A stretch of DNA of 64,000 bases from Macrostomum lignano (lineage: Eukaryota), in contig NIVC01000894.1 in NCBI GenBank assembly GCA_002269645.1, positions 248,001-312,000 on the forward strand, in the 5' to 3' direction. A model generated the notes under the pieces. That model saw only the letters and a program-made list of their open reading frames with translations, did not search any database and was not told the origin of the DNA. Both the position numbers and the translations under genes were made by a program. This document shows, one piece after another, positions 1 to 12,013 of the stretch; the first letter of the stretch is position 1; every line of letters begins with the position of its first letter.

Positions 1-1084
1 TATTAGTGGCACAGGGACTGTTAATTTCTTTAAGAACTGCTCTATTCTGAGTATTTAGTAGTCCCCGTAGTTGCACCAGCGCCTTCAATCTATCACTTTA
101 CTACTCTACTACTTTATCACAGAATACTGATTCCATAGCTCGTATTACTAAAAATTATACTATTACATAATGTTTTATTCAAGGAAGATACATTAAAACA
201 ACTAAAATCTGTTAGAGTGGAAATCAGGGTACGATAGAGAGGCTGATGACTTGTCATGTTGATGCAGCCAGTTCTGCAGCTTCCTTTGGTGCTCATAATT
301 GATAGCGAGATCACTGATCTCGGAGTTTTGCTGTCTCATCTCATTTGATTGAAGTTCATTGTCTTAAAATTGATTATGTATAAAATCGTCAAGCCCGATA
401 CAAATTTCTACAAGTTTCTAGCACTCGCTTTGCCAGACAAACATGCTACATGTTTTTTAGTTTGCTCTCTTATCTTTGCAATCTCATTGCAGTTCGACAG
501 TGCAGTAAAAGTGACTCTCAGCATAGAGAAATTATACTGTCCCACCACAGAGACCTTTTGATTCTGCCGCACCTCGCCACGCACTCTTCAGGCAAATGAT
601 CCTGTATAAATGGTGAAAATCGTTGCATTTGTTGCGCACTACGGGCTGCTCTGTTTGCGGCTTATCATGAAATTAATACCACAAGCCCTAAATACACACA
701 TTATCAAATGTATTTCAACCGCTTTCATAGAATGCTTTAACAAAGGAATCAACTTTGACAAAGGCGGCTTGGAAAACTCTCACATTCCATAGCAAAAGAA
801 ATTTCCAGTAACAAAGTTTGGAGTCTGAGTGGGTGTGAAGAAAATGAGAAAGGTACAAGCAGTGAGGTGTGCAATAAAAACACAGCAGACCCCGAGATGA
901 AAAAGACACTTGGATGTCGATCTTCTGCTTGTTGAAGAGCCTAATGCTCACTGTGTTTAGATTAAAGATGTTTCAAGACTCCTTAAAAAAACAAATCATT
1001 ATGAAGCTGCAGCGATCTGCCGATAGTCTAAAATATAACAGTGGACCTGAGAAAAGCTTGCAGAGCACGAATTAACCTGTAAAG

Positions 1085-2045
1085 ATGACCCACATACTCG
1101 CTTACTACAGATGGGGGCGGAACGCCGCGATTAGGCCTCTAGGCTCCTATCGCAACCCAAAGCTAAAAAACGGAGAGCGTCAGGCTTGGGGCAGCGCCCA
1201 CCCCTCCTCAGCGGTAGAAGGGCTCGCGAGAGAGCCGTCTGTGATGATCATCTGGCCGGTGTCCTGGACGAATGCGCGAAGGTCCCGGGTGGTCAGCTCA
1301 TCCAACCTTAGCGGGTACGGTAGCTAAGCTGGTGTCTCCGCGATAAGTTCAAGTGCGAGCAGAAGGTGACATGGTGCGCCGCAGTTTCCTACTCCAAGTA
1401 GCAAAAAGCGATTAGGGAGCAGCTACTTTGTGTTCAAAGTGTCTTTGGAAGAAGCCATTGTCAGTAATGATAATACACACTGAGATCAGTTTTACTCAAG
1501 GAGATGAGGCATTCAGATACTTTCCGGTTGATTGGAGGCATCGCAGCGCACATTGCTCATATTCGGTGCAGCCTCTCCAGTGCAGCTGGTGTTGGTGGCT
1601 GCCGAACCATTTGCGAATTGCGCGGTTGACGGATGACTTCGGGGCAGGCAGCTCGACCGAGTGCTGCGCTCCACCCAGGGTGCTGCCTCGCTTGACCAGT
1701 GAATCCACCATCTCGTTGCCAAGGATATCGCTGTGGCCTGGTGTCCAGATCACGTTGATCCAATTGAGAATCGCCGCTAGCTTTTGCAAGCTTTTGAAAC
1801 AAGCTGAAATTCTGACTTGGCCGATTGCTCGATGAAAGACAAGGCCTTAATAGCGGCCTGGTGGTCAGAGTAGAAACTATGTCAAAGTTCATGCAGTTGC
1901 TTAGTACATTAGTTGATGCTTTATGAATTGAAAATCGAGATATATACATACCAACTCGAATAAAGGCTCTCTTTAAGGAGCGCCTCACCGTTGTGGAAAA
2001 CAGCTAAGCCGGCTCCAGCCAGGCCATCGCACAGGGATCCGTCAG
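1085..2045 (-). mobile_element. Degenerate, 5'-truncated non-LTR retrotransposon with RNase H domain (R1/LOA/I-like group)
   Basis: Minus-strand translation across frameshifts gives TDGS (~2040), SDHQAAIKAL and WTPGHSDILGNEMVDSLVKRG (ORF 1496-1789), the RNase H motifs of non-LTR elements; stops and frameshifts show decay. Confidence 0.8.
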
Positions 2046-3208
2046 TGAGGCTGGGACTGGGACTGGAACTGTGGCTTGGGACAGGAACTTGGGACTGAAG
2101 CTGATGCTGGGACTGGGGCTGAGACTGGGACTGAGACTGGGGCCGGGGCTGGGATTGAAACTCAGAACGTCGAGCCTATTCTGCCTTTTTGTTTTTTTAA
2201 AAGCGCACCTCTCAACACCGAGAAACTTTGGCTAATTAGAAATTCTACTGCCTGCTGTTGGAGACTGCAGCAAGCTCATTGCCACTTCATTCTGCATCAT
2301 GTAGAGCTGCCAGCCTCCTCAATGCAAAGGCTCTGAGCAGCTCATTGGGCCTCTGTAATGACCGCCTTCTGCTCTGCTGAAGAGAAGAAATTCTTGTCAG
2401 ATCACCGGGGTGCACCGCTTTGGACTGCCTTTGGCTTGGAAAGGCCGCTCAGTAACTCATCAAAGCACCGTTCACTGCATTCTCTTCGAAGCTTTTCTTA
2501 CCTGACGAAGCAGCACAGCTGGCAGGCTGCACACCTGTGCAATTGCTGGCAGCCCAGCCCCATCCGCACCTGCCTGCCCTCTCTCGGACCCCCTGCCGCA
2601 GCCCCGCTCCGCAGCAGCAGCTCTGAGTCAGTGCGAGTTTATAGACAGCAACTTGACAACAAGGAGTTTGCTGCTCGCCTACTAATTAAGCTGCTTTCTA
2701 TATCTCTCTTATTGAGCCACCCTCCACTCCCTGCAGCGGCTGCCTCTACTCTCTCTGCATCTGCTATTTTAGCATCTCACTCTCCCACTCATCTCAATTT
2801 CATTAAACTTTTTTCAGCAGTTGAGTTAAACAAACACGGCAGCCACTTAGTGCTGAGAGTCAGACATTCTGACTGCTTGCGATGCCAATGTAAAGTCTAG
2901 GTTTGCGTGCCGAAAAAGGTGGCCTCTGTATGGCTTTGTTTACTCAATATATTTATAAGTCAATATCGTGGGAGGGGTGAAGCGATGCGCGATTGGTCGA
3001 GTACTGGTAAACAAGTTTAAGCGAGAGAATGAGTCATTAATAATAATGTGAAGCAGAGAGTGCAGCGCGCGGCCTACGCCCTACAATGGCAAATAGCAGA
3101 ACTTGAGTACAGATTGGCTTTTGAGCAGCTTGAGGGAGGGCAGAGAGTAAAAGAGGTGGGGCAGAGAAAACAGAGGCGGTAACGCCTGCGGTGCAGATAA
3201 ACAAGCTG

Positions 3209-3355
3209 GTCACAGGGGAATTGAAGCAGTCACATGGGAATTGAAGCAGTCACATGGGAATTGAAGCAGTCACAGGGGAATTGAAGCAGTCACAGGGGAA
3301 TTGAAGCAGTCGCAGGGGAATTGAAGCAGTCACAGGGGAATTGAAGCAGTCACAG
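3209..3355. repeat. 20-bp tandem repeat (GTCACAGGGGAATTGAAGCA), about 7 copies
   Basis: Directly visible. Confidence 0.95.
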
Positions 3356-3965
3356 CCTGTGGATGCAGAAAGTTCATAGAACTAATAAATATTGTAATGT
3401 GAAAATCGGGAGAACTCGAGACAAGGAATGGAAAAGTGTAGTAATTTTTGTTTTTAACATCAGCGGTTTAGATAAATAATTGAGTTAAATACGTAAGTAG
3501 AGTTGAATCAACGAAATTTAATGTTCTAAGAAATTTGCGAATTCAAAACACAACTGTAAGGAATTTCAGTCTGAAAAGAAAATCCTCAGCATTTGATTAC
3601 AAGGTTTTAAAGATATTACAGTGCGATCGTCCTAATGCCAGTCACATCCTGCATGGGACTATTTAGAAAACGCAACTTGCAAATTGAATTCAGTTAGCTA
3701 GTTAATAAATAAAAATTTTTTGTCGCTTTCATTCTAAAGTAAAAAGCACAGATGTACAAGTACATATGCTGCTATGAAGTTTCAGCACTGCAAAGACCGA
3801 CGCTTGTCAAAAGTTCTAGAAAATAAAAAAAACGCAGCAGCCAAGGGATGAATTTATAAAAACTAGTAAGTTGTGTAAAAAAACAAATTGTTGTTCGTTT
3901 TAAATTTACACGTAATGTTTATAAAACATCAAAATCTTTGCAATCAGTTTTAGAAGCATCTTGGC

Positions 3966-6900
3966 TTAACATCGTGAGTCAGAAGTTTTCCTCAAGAACT
4001 CGTGCTCCAACAGCTTTTTTGCTGGGTGTCTCTCCCTGTGGTCCTTGGCGGTGCAGCGGCTGTAGAAATCCCTCAGCTCTGCGGACCGGCCGTCTGGCAG
4101 GGCGGGAGCGCCCCTCCTGTCAAGATGCTGGAACAGATCACACAGGCTTCTGGCATTGGTGAAAGGTTTCGTACCAGAGGCCATCTGGAGGACCGAGCAG
4201 CCGAACGCCCAGACGTCCGACTCGCTGCTGTACTGCACACTGTCTGGGGTGCCGATTCCGAGCAGCTCTGGCGCCATGAAGTTCAGAGTGCCTTTCAGTG
4301 TCTCCGGGAAAGATGAGTGGCGACGAACTATCTGCTCCAGCTTGATTGACAGGCCGAAGTCGATCAGCTTGATTCGCGTGTTGTCAGCACAAACAATTAT
4401 GTTCGAGCAGTTGATGTCTCTGTGGATCACGGGCGGCTGCCGGCTGTGCAGGTAGAGCAGCGCGCGGCAGATCTGCGAGCGGTCGGTCAGTGAGCAGTCA
4501 TCATTCATGGCAACATGGAACAGGAGCATCAAGGATGCACAATGCTCACCTGCTCGCTGAAGTCTCGAATCGTCAGCTCGTCCAGCGGCTTGTTGTCGAT
4601 GAAGTTCTCCAAGCTTTGGCCGTCCAGCAGCTCCATGAACACAACGACTGTGGCGGGCTCCGGCTGAGCGATGTGCAAGAACCTGACGATGTTGGGATGC
4701 CGCAGTCGGCACAGGTTTCTCTCGCTCTCGACAGCTCTGTCGATTAGATCCTTTTGATTGCCGAGCAGCACTATCAGTCTGAGAGTCTTGGCGGCGCACC
4801 TGATGCCTCTGTCAGTGATAACTTCCTGGATGTCACCAAAACATCCTCTTGCAACGAAGCGAACGGAGTCCCAGCTCTTCCTGAAAATGGGGCTGTTGGG
4901 AAATTCAAACTTAAATCAGAAAGCGTTGAGCTGCTCATCAGAATTATGGCATCTCCGGATAGACAAGCGAAAATGAGGAGATGCATGGGAGGCACATCAA
5001 TGAGAGGAATCGATTGTATTTCATATTCAATGGAACTCAGCTTCCATAACAGCCCCACAGATGCGCAGAAACTCAATCAAACTGTTTTTAGCTACGCGGG
5101 TCTTCTGTCTTTTAAAGCAAATTGAGCAACTTTTTTCTCTGAGCTTCAAGATAGTACCTCTCAATGCTCACTGCTCAAGTTAGGCGGCGCATCTTTAGCG
5201 TGAGCACAGTGAGCCGCGTGACTACTGATGGGAAAGTGCGAAATTGGCCTCACCTCTGCGTGAGCATCATATCGCACAGGTACCTAAGTCTAGCCGAATT
5301 ACTGTACATTTGTACCTGACGATAAGGAACTCGTGCCCCATCAGCTCCAGAGCGGACTTTCTGCTTTTGCGGTCCTTGGCCGTGCAGCGGCTGTAGAAGT
5401 CCTGCAGCTCGGCTGAGCAGCAAGTCGGCAGGGCGGGGGCGCCGCTGCTTCTCAGCTTCTCGGGCAGCGTGTGCGGCATTTTGTGCTCAGCGAAGGGCCG
5501 CTTGCCCGAGGCCATCTGGAAGACCGAGCAGCCGAACGCCCAGATGTCCGATTCTCTGCTGTACCGCGGGCTGTCCGACTCTTCCGGTGCCAGCAGCTCC
5601 GGAGCCAAGAAGTTCAGAGTGCCTTTGGGGGTGGCTTTGGAGTCCGAGACGTGGGTGACTGACTCAAGCTTGATTGACAGGCCGAAGTCGATCAGCTTGA
5701 TTCGAGTGTTGTCAGCACAAACAATCATGTTTGAGCAGTTGATGTCTCTGTGGATCACGGGCGGCTGCCGGCTGTGCAGGTAGAGCAGCGCGCGGCAGAT
5801 CTGCGAGCGGTCGGTCAGTGAGCAGCCATCATTCATGGAACATGGAACAGTAGCATCAAGGATGCACAATGCTCACCTGCTCGCTGAAGTCTCGAATCGT
5901 CAGCTCGCTCAGCGGCATGTTGTCGATGAAGTTCTCCAAGCTACGGCCGTCCAGCAGCTCCATGAACACAACGACTGTGGCGGGCTCCGGCTGAGCGACG
6001 TGCAAGAACCTGACGATGTTGGGATGCCGCAGTCGGCACAGGTTTCTCTCGCTCTCAACAGCTCTGTTGATCTCTGTGCTCACAGAGGTTTGGTCATCAC
6101 CGAGTTGCACAGGCAGTTTGACAGTCTTTGCAGCGCACGTGACGCCCGTGTCAGTTCGAACTTCGTTGACTTCGCCGAAGCCTCCACGGCCAATGCGGCG
6201 AACGGCGTCCCAGCGCTCCCGGAACGGAGGGCCTTTGGGTCTGAGGAAACGCGAATTGAGGCAATGAGGGATAATTTGCATGCTGTAGCTGTGAGTTGTA
6301 GCTGTGTGCTGTAGCTGTGTGTACTGTAGCTGTGTTTGCTGTAGCTGTGTGCTGTAGCTGTGTGCTGTAGCTGTGTGCTGTAGCTGTGTGTGCTGTAGCT
6401 GTGTGCTGTAGCTGTGTGTGCTGAAGGAACTCACGACAGTGCCAGTGGCTCGTCAAAGTAATTTTTTCCGTCGTACCTAAATAGGCAGTGGGGATTTGAA
6501 GTCAGGGGAATTCAGATGCGAACCCGTGCTCTGTGCAATTCATTCTATCAATTTTATTAATCTATAGTTTGTTTGAACTCTGTAGCTAAGGTCCTATGTA
6601 GCTGTAGCTAAGGTGCTAAGTTAAGGTCCTATATTTTCTTATATATTTTTGTGAATTTTAAACTCAATTGCCACAAAGAAATAGCTCGCGCTTTTAAAGT
6701 GTGAATCTCGCAGGCAGCTGAACATTAATATTCTACTGGCAATCTGCAGTCAAACTGCACTGCAAACTCCCTCAATGCAGCTCAGTCAGTGTCTGCTGCC
6801 CATTTAAACTAAAAAAATGTAAAAATGCCCACTCAGCGCAACTGCAGTCAGCTGTTCAATATTCAATCATAAATTACAGCATAATGTTTATCAATGATAA

Positions 6901-7551
6901 ATCAAAGTCAGAGAGACATTCTCAGTCGCCATGGAAACTCACCCACGCAGCAGCTCAGCCAGTTCGCTCTTTCCCTTCTGTGTGGCGAAAGCCAGCGCAG
7001 TCATGCCGTATTTGTCCTGCTGGCTCCAATCCGCCCCTGAGTCCAGCAGAACCCGACCGACTGCGGCGGCGGTGGCGGGGGCGCAAAGGCTGCCCCCATG
7101 AGGGGCGTCCATTCCCACAAACCCGTAGCATTGGCGGAGGCTCCGGCAGCCAGCAGAGCGGAGGCTGCGGCAGAATTGCCAGTCCTGACTGCATGGTGCA
7201 GGCAACTGTCAGCACATTTCTCCGCACAGGCGGGGTCACCCAGCTGCACCAGCTGCTCCCACAGAGCCTCATCACCGCACGAGCTGTTCTGAGCTGCCCA
7301 CATCAACGCGGTGCGACCCGAACTGTCAGGCAGGTCGCAGCTGCCGCAGGTCGCCGCTCGCCGCAGCTCCGCCGAGTCGCCTGTCTTGGCCAGCCGCTGC
7401 AGTTCCTGTCGATCCGCCTCCACCTGCAAAAGGCGAGCGGGAAATTTGAGCACAGCTGCTCAGCTGCAGCCGCATCGGCACCGCAGATGCCGCTCACCTG
7501 GGCTGTCAGGCCGTTGATCTCCCAACTGCATTCACAACCAGCCGCATCTCC
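3966..7551 (-). CDS. Ankyrin-repeat plus tandem double Ser/Thr kinase protein (MAP3K/STE-like kinase domains); 5' start not identified
   Basis: Exons (minus): 7551-7498, 7423-6943, 6476-6435, 6240-5877, 5800-5316, 5283-5254, 4892-4550, 4472-3966. All junctions are GT..AG and phase-compatible. Ankyrin motifs: GRTALMWAA, SCLHHAVRTGN, WTPLMGAA, GMTALAFA. Kinase 1: IGRGGFG, CAAK, HRDINCSN, DFG, APE. Kinase 2: VARGCFG, CAAK, HRDINCSN, DFG, APE. The ankyrin exon is exactly 1 nt short, at the G-run 7077-7081. Confidence 0.75.
6283..6422. repeat. Intronic (GCTGTGTGCTGTA)n-type short tandem repeat
   Basis: Visible 13-15 bp units within intron 6241-6434 of the ankyrin-kinase gene; the source of the spurious HTATAHSYSTQL ORFs. 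Confidence 0.9.
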
Positions 7552-7814
7552 CTGCAACAGCAAAAATGAGCAGCGAATTTGCAATTTTCTCAAATCCGAA
7601 AACTTTAATCGCCTAAATAAATTTTAAGTTGTAGGATTAAATTTTCATTATAAATTTGGACCATTAACTAGCAACCAGCGCTACCCATTAGGGAAGCAAC
7701 AGCGTATGTGTTGTGTTTTGGGGCTGATGCGCTATGCGCCCTACGCAGACTTGGGTCCAGTTCCGCATTTAGTAGCATCATGATGAGTTGAATTCAGGCA
7801 GACCTTCTAGGAAA

Positions 7815-8260
7815 AGCTTAAAATTTTGAGTCGCTCAGACCACGGCCAACAATTCCAGCTTAATCAATGCGTATCTAAATTCGGTATCAGAGATGAATCT
7901 GGATCCCGCCTGGACTACGGGCCAGCTTCCATCGGCTTGTCTCTGCTTGAGCAAGAATCCGATTCCCTTAAGCCGGGATGCATCTGTGTGCAAGGCCGTG
8001 AGTTTGCGCTGGTCATAGTAGGCAAGGGTAGGCGTGTTTGCGAGGTTGCTGCAGGCCTTTCAAAGCCTCTTGCTGTTCATGTACCCACTAAAACATATTC
8101 TTCTCTGATAGCAGCGGTCTCAGCGGGCCTGCTATCTCCGCAACTTCTTGAGTAAATGTTCCAACTTGGTTCACGAGACCAAAGAAAGCTGGAAAATCCG
8201 TAATAATTTTTAGACGCTGGAAATTTGCTGATAGCTTTAACGAGCTCTGGTCGGTACAGT
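7815..8260 (-). mobile_element. Ty3/Gypsy pol relic (RT connection and RNase H)
   Basis: Minus translation: FFGLVNQV...IAGPLRPLL...W...PTLAYYD...LHTDAS..GIGFLLKQ...W.VVQAGSRFISDTEFRYA.IKLELLAVV, with in-frame stops. Confidence 0.85.
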
Positions 8261-9920
8261 AGCCATCTGCCGATAAGCAGAATTCCGCAAAGCTTACTTG
8301 TATTCTGCAGAAAGCGATTTTTTTCTATTTAATGAAAATCAGTTATCCAAAAAGCGTTGAAAAAATTTCGAACCGCGCTTTCACGTGCGATTCTCAGTCT
8401 TGACTCTAAATCGAGCAGTTATAAACGACATGACTCAGTCCAGTTCTATGGTATGTAACGCATTTTATATAATGGCTAGGCTGGGCCAGGAAATATTTCT
8501 TAAAATCCGTGAAGGGCCGTGAAATCAGCTAATGCAGAACCAGGGAAGCCTCTACGAGTATGATCGCTCCGCTCCCCAGGAAGGGACACTAGTTTAGGCA
8601 GCATACATGTTTAGGGGTAAAAGCCCAATCAGAAAGCAGTGAATGAATGCAACGTTTCATTTCTATGACTGGTAACTTTTTAACTAAAAGTCATAGAAAG
8701 ATACGGTTTGCACTATTCAACCCAAAACATTCACAACTTTAGGTCTCCGAGGTTAAGTTGTATTATTAAAAAATTTTCGTTGTGTTAGTGCCAGAAAAAT
8801 ACTTTACAACCCATCGCGCTGTAATATAGATAATAATAATAGATAGTAAAACAAAAAATAAAATGATTGGCCTTAGGTGATACTTCAGCAAAAAAAGTAA
8901 AATTAACTTACCTACAGAGTAGAAAAGTGCTAGGGCAAGCTGTATAAAAAAGCACTTTACATGACTCTATAAAACAAAAGCTAAGTCTAATACGAGTATA
9001 AATCAAAGCTATAGCTCATTTCTCAGATAGTTTTGACTTCAAAATGTTTCTGCCTCTTCCTCGCCGAGCAGCGACTCTCGCCGGGTCTGAGCAGATGTCA
9101 TTGTGGTAGGTCGCTCCTCAGGAACAGTTTTGCTCAAGTAGGATTGCGCTTTTGTAAAGACGCTGGGTTCAGCATCAGAATTCAACCGTCGATTTTTCAG
9201 CTTCTTTGCTTCTCCATCTGCATTTTCAAATGCGGAGCGCTTACGTCTAGAGTTGGAGTCCTGAGAGTTTGTTGCAAAAAAACCTTTAGCTTTCCGAAAA
9301 ATGCAGCGAGCAGATCCGGTAGTTGTGCTTTAGATCGCTGCGAAACTACTCCAACTCTGCTGTTGTCCACTTTCGTTGCATTGCAGAGATCCATTTTTTC
9401 AGAAGCTCCGGCTGTGCATATATACATTCCTGTTAGCAAGCTACAAAAAACGACAGGTGTTACAAAAGTTCGCGTACAAACTGCTCTAGCGAGAAATCGA
9501 TGAGCAACAGCACCTTTTCATTCTATACCCTTGTCGTCCTTGTCTATACCATGCCCCTAAACTCGTATAGTGGAGTGGGGTGGGGCGGGTAAGTGTCCTT
9601 TCATGGGGTGCGCAGCAACCATAGAGGCTTCCCTGGCAGAACATAAAAAGCCAGTCAGTCTGTCAGTCCAAATCATTCCATACATACTGTCGTCGTGTCG
9701 TTTAACTAAGAGTTCAAACTAAGTATCACGATGATTTGGTTGAATAAACGATGTTTTAATCTCGATTTATTATTCATAAACGATGCTAACACAAACGATG
9801 CTCAATATATAATTATTAACGCATTGGGGTTGCGGGGCGCACGGGGCACGAAATCGGGGTGGTGGGTACACTGGATGTACAGTCAATATTTCAATAGTCA
9901 ATCAGCTAGTCACTTAGTCA

Positions 9921-10304
9921 GGGGGGCCGTAGCCCAGCGGTAGCGCAGCTGCTCTGGTGTGCCAGCGACCCAGGCTCGATTCCAAGTGCAGTCACATTAA
10001 TTTGGGGCTGAATTGGAATCTCGGCTTGGCTCTGATTGGCTCGGCTTGGCTTGGCAATTAACGGCCTTGAGAGCCAACCCCCCCCCCCCAAGGCGCAGTG
10101 AAGTGTACATGCCTAACGATAATATAAAGTTAGGGCCGCTGTACACTCCTGTGTGAGTGTGTGCCTGCGTAACGTATCCGCGCGCTTGTATGCCTGCTCA
10201 GGAGAGTCGGCGGAATGGGCAGTAGTGCCTCTCGCCGGTTGTGTGCCCATGTCGCTTAAAGTGTGCCAGGGTGCACACAACCCCCCTGCCTCTAATAAAA
10301 AAAA
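9921..10304 (+). mobile_element. tRNA-derived SINE with A-rich tail and 14-bp target-site duplication
   Basis: 5' tRNA-like head with A box (TAGCCCAGCGG) and B box (GGCTCGATTCC); tail AATAAAAAAAA; identical TAGTCACTTAGTCA at 9907-9920 and 10305-10318. Confidence 0.85.
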
Positions 10305-10468
10305 TAGTCACTTAGTCATAAGTACAGCGGCAGAATCCAGCGCTGCTTCACATATCTTGCCATCCTTGGTTGATAATTTCATTGCAGCATCAAGAGCACG
10401 TCTGCTCTCCAGAAAAGCGACGTCCTTCCACAAGCTCCAGTTCTTTTTTAACGTATTCTGCATGTATA

Positions 10469-10753
10469 CTCAGCAACATTGAAAAGTCGCCACCCATTGC
10501 CCCAGTGAGCAGTGTCTTTCGACCAGCGTCTATCACCTGGGCAATCATTTTGATGTGAAAAAATGCTTGAAAAAACAATGAAAACCGGTCGGAAGCTTCA
10601 ATCCACCTAATCTTCACCCTCGGCTCTTCCCAATACCTTCTCACCCAGTTACACTCTGCGTCACGTAACGCAACTTGCGTCACTCAAAAGTCAATACTTG
10701 AGCTAGAATTTACGGCGCACTCTCAAAGGTGGCGACTATTTAATGTTGTTGAG
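10469..10753. mobile_element. MITE with ~25-bp terminal inverted repeats and TA flanks, copy 1
   Basis: Left end CTCAGCAACATTGAAAAGTCGCCA, right end TGGCGACTATTTAATGTTGTTGAG, flanked by TA/TATA; related copy at 30772-31048. Confidence 0.8.
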
Positions 10754-10867
10754 TATAGTACTGAATCATAGAGTAAATGGGGTCGTACTATAAAGCTGTC
10801 GTAGCGTAAGTTCGATCGTACGTCGGAACTTTTACACTGCGGAGAACGATCTTATCTTACGATGGCT

Positions 10868-11060
10868 TTATCGAACGGGCCTAATGTCCTTCGCAGAGTA
10901 ACATTCACAATTCTTGGTACACACCTCCAGGACAAACGGCTTCAATAGAAAGTTCAGCTCACTTTTCAACATTTCGTCCAAAACCATTAGAGATGGACCA
11001 CGAGATGCTTTTTTCGTAGTGCCAGTCTCGAAAGATTTGGATTTCCCATTCTGCCTTCCT
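10868..11060 (-). mobile_element. Possible Crypton (DUF3504-type tyrosine-recombinase transposon) N-terminal fragment
   Basis: TTKKAS...ELNFLLKPFVLEVCTKNCECYSAKDI resembles the NTKKAT...ELNxxLxxFxxEVRKKxGExY pattern of Crypton/ZMYM-type proteins; fragmentary, pattern recognition only. Confidence 0.45.
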
Positions 11061-12013
11061 TCTTGTTGTCGAGGGAGGGATCTCCTCAATCTCTGGCTGA
11101 AAGTCCGCTTCTGTCAGTGTCTGAAATAGTCTCTTATTTTCACTGACTCATTTTCTGTTTGTATCAGAAAGTCCAGTAGATCCGGAGAAACCTCCATATC
11201 TGGGTCTCAAAATCGCCAGGATCGGAAGGTAAACCGTCTTCCATGTCGAATTGTATTGAATCGCCTGGCTGAGTCATACTTAGGTTCAAATATAATACTA
11301 ACACCCCAAATTTGCTGCCTATGGCGTAAAGAATAGCTTTGGACTGCGCTTCCAGGCCGACTGCACTGCGACTGCGCCAAAGAAACAAGTCTGGGGGTGT
11401 CATCTTATACTTGGAATATTTGATAAATGTCGATATTAAACAAAAATGCGATCAGAAACTAACGCTGAGCCATGCGCAGGGGACAGGGAACGTCAACTAA
11501 TTAAATAAAGTGCATCATATTCATAAACCTTGGCATCCAAACAATTCCCCCAGCTTTGGCAATTCTTTCAGAGTCACAGCATTATAGTAGTTCCCCGAGC
11601 CCTGACATCTTGAAAATGAATCTTCCCAAATGAATCTTTTACGTTCGACATGACGCCACTTTTATGTTTGACATGATGCTTCTTTTCATATTCTTCTTTC
11701 AAAGAAGCTATTTTTCTAAAATATATGACATACTTATATATACCTATAGACCAATCTTTTTAGTATCACATCCGACTTCTTACACGCAACTCTTCATTAT
11801 TGCAGCATGGGTTTCCTTCCATCTCGCAATGTCTCATAAAGCACTCACGCACAGCCTCCCAGTTCTCCATCTGCAGCTCAACCCACACACTCTCACTGCA
11901 CACCGAGGCCCTACAGCTTCCATTCTCGACTGAGATCAACCGGCACCCCATTAGCTGAAAGGCAGCCAGCCAATCACAGCTCTCGTCCATCAAGCAGTCA
12001 GTCAGAGACAAGC

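Noticed and set aside
2358-2900. 180-aa ORF in a GC-rich patch
   Set aside because: No domain or convincing splice structure; low-complexity composition.
4925-4945. Hammerhead ribozyme core (CTGATGAG on the minus strand; also at ~13260 and ~49500)
   Set aside because: No downstream GAAA with a compatible stem II in any case.
9921-9995. Functional tRNA gene
   Set aside because: The acceptor stem does not pair and the sequence continues as a SINE body with tail and TSD.
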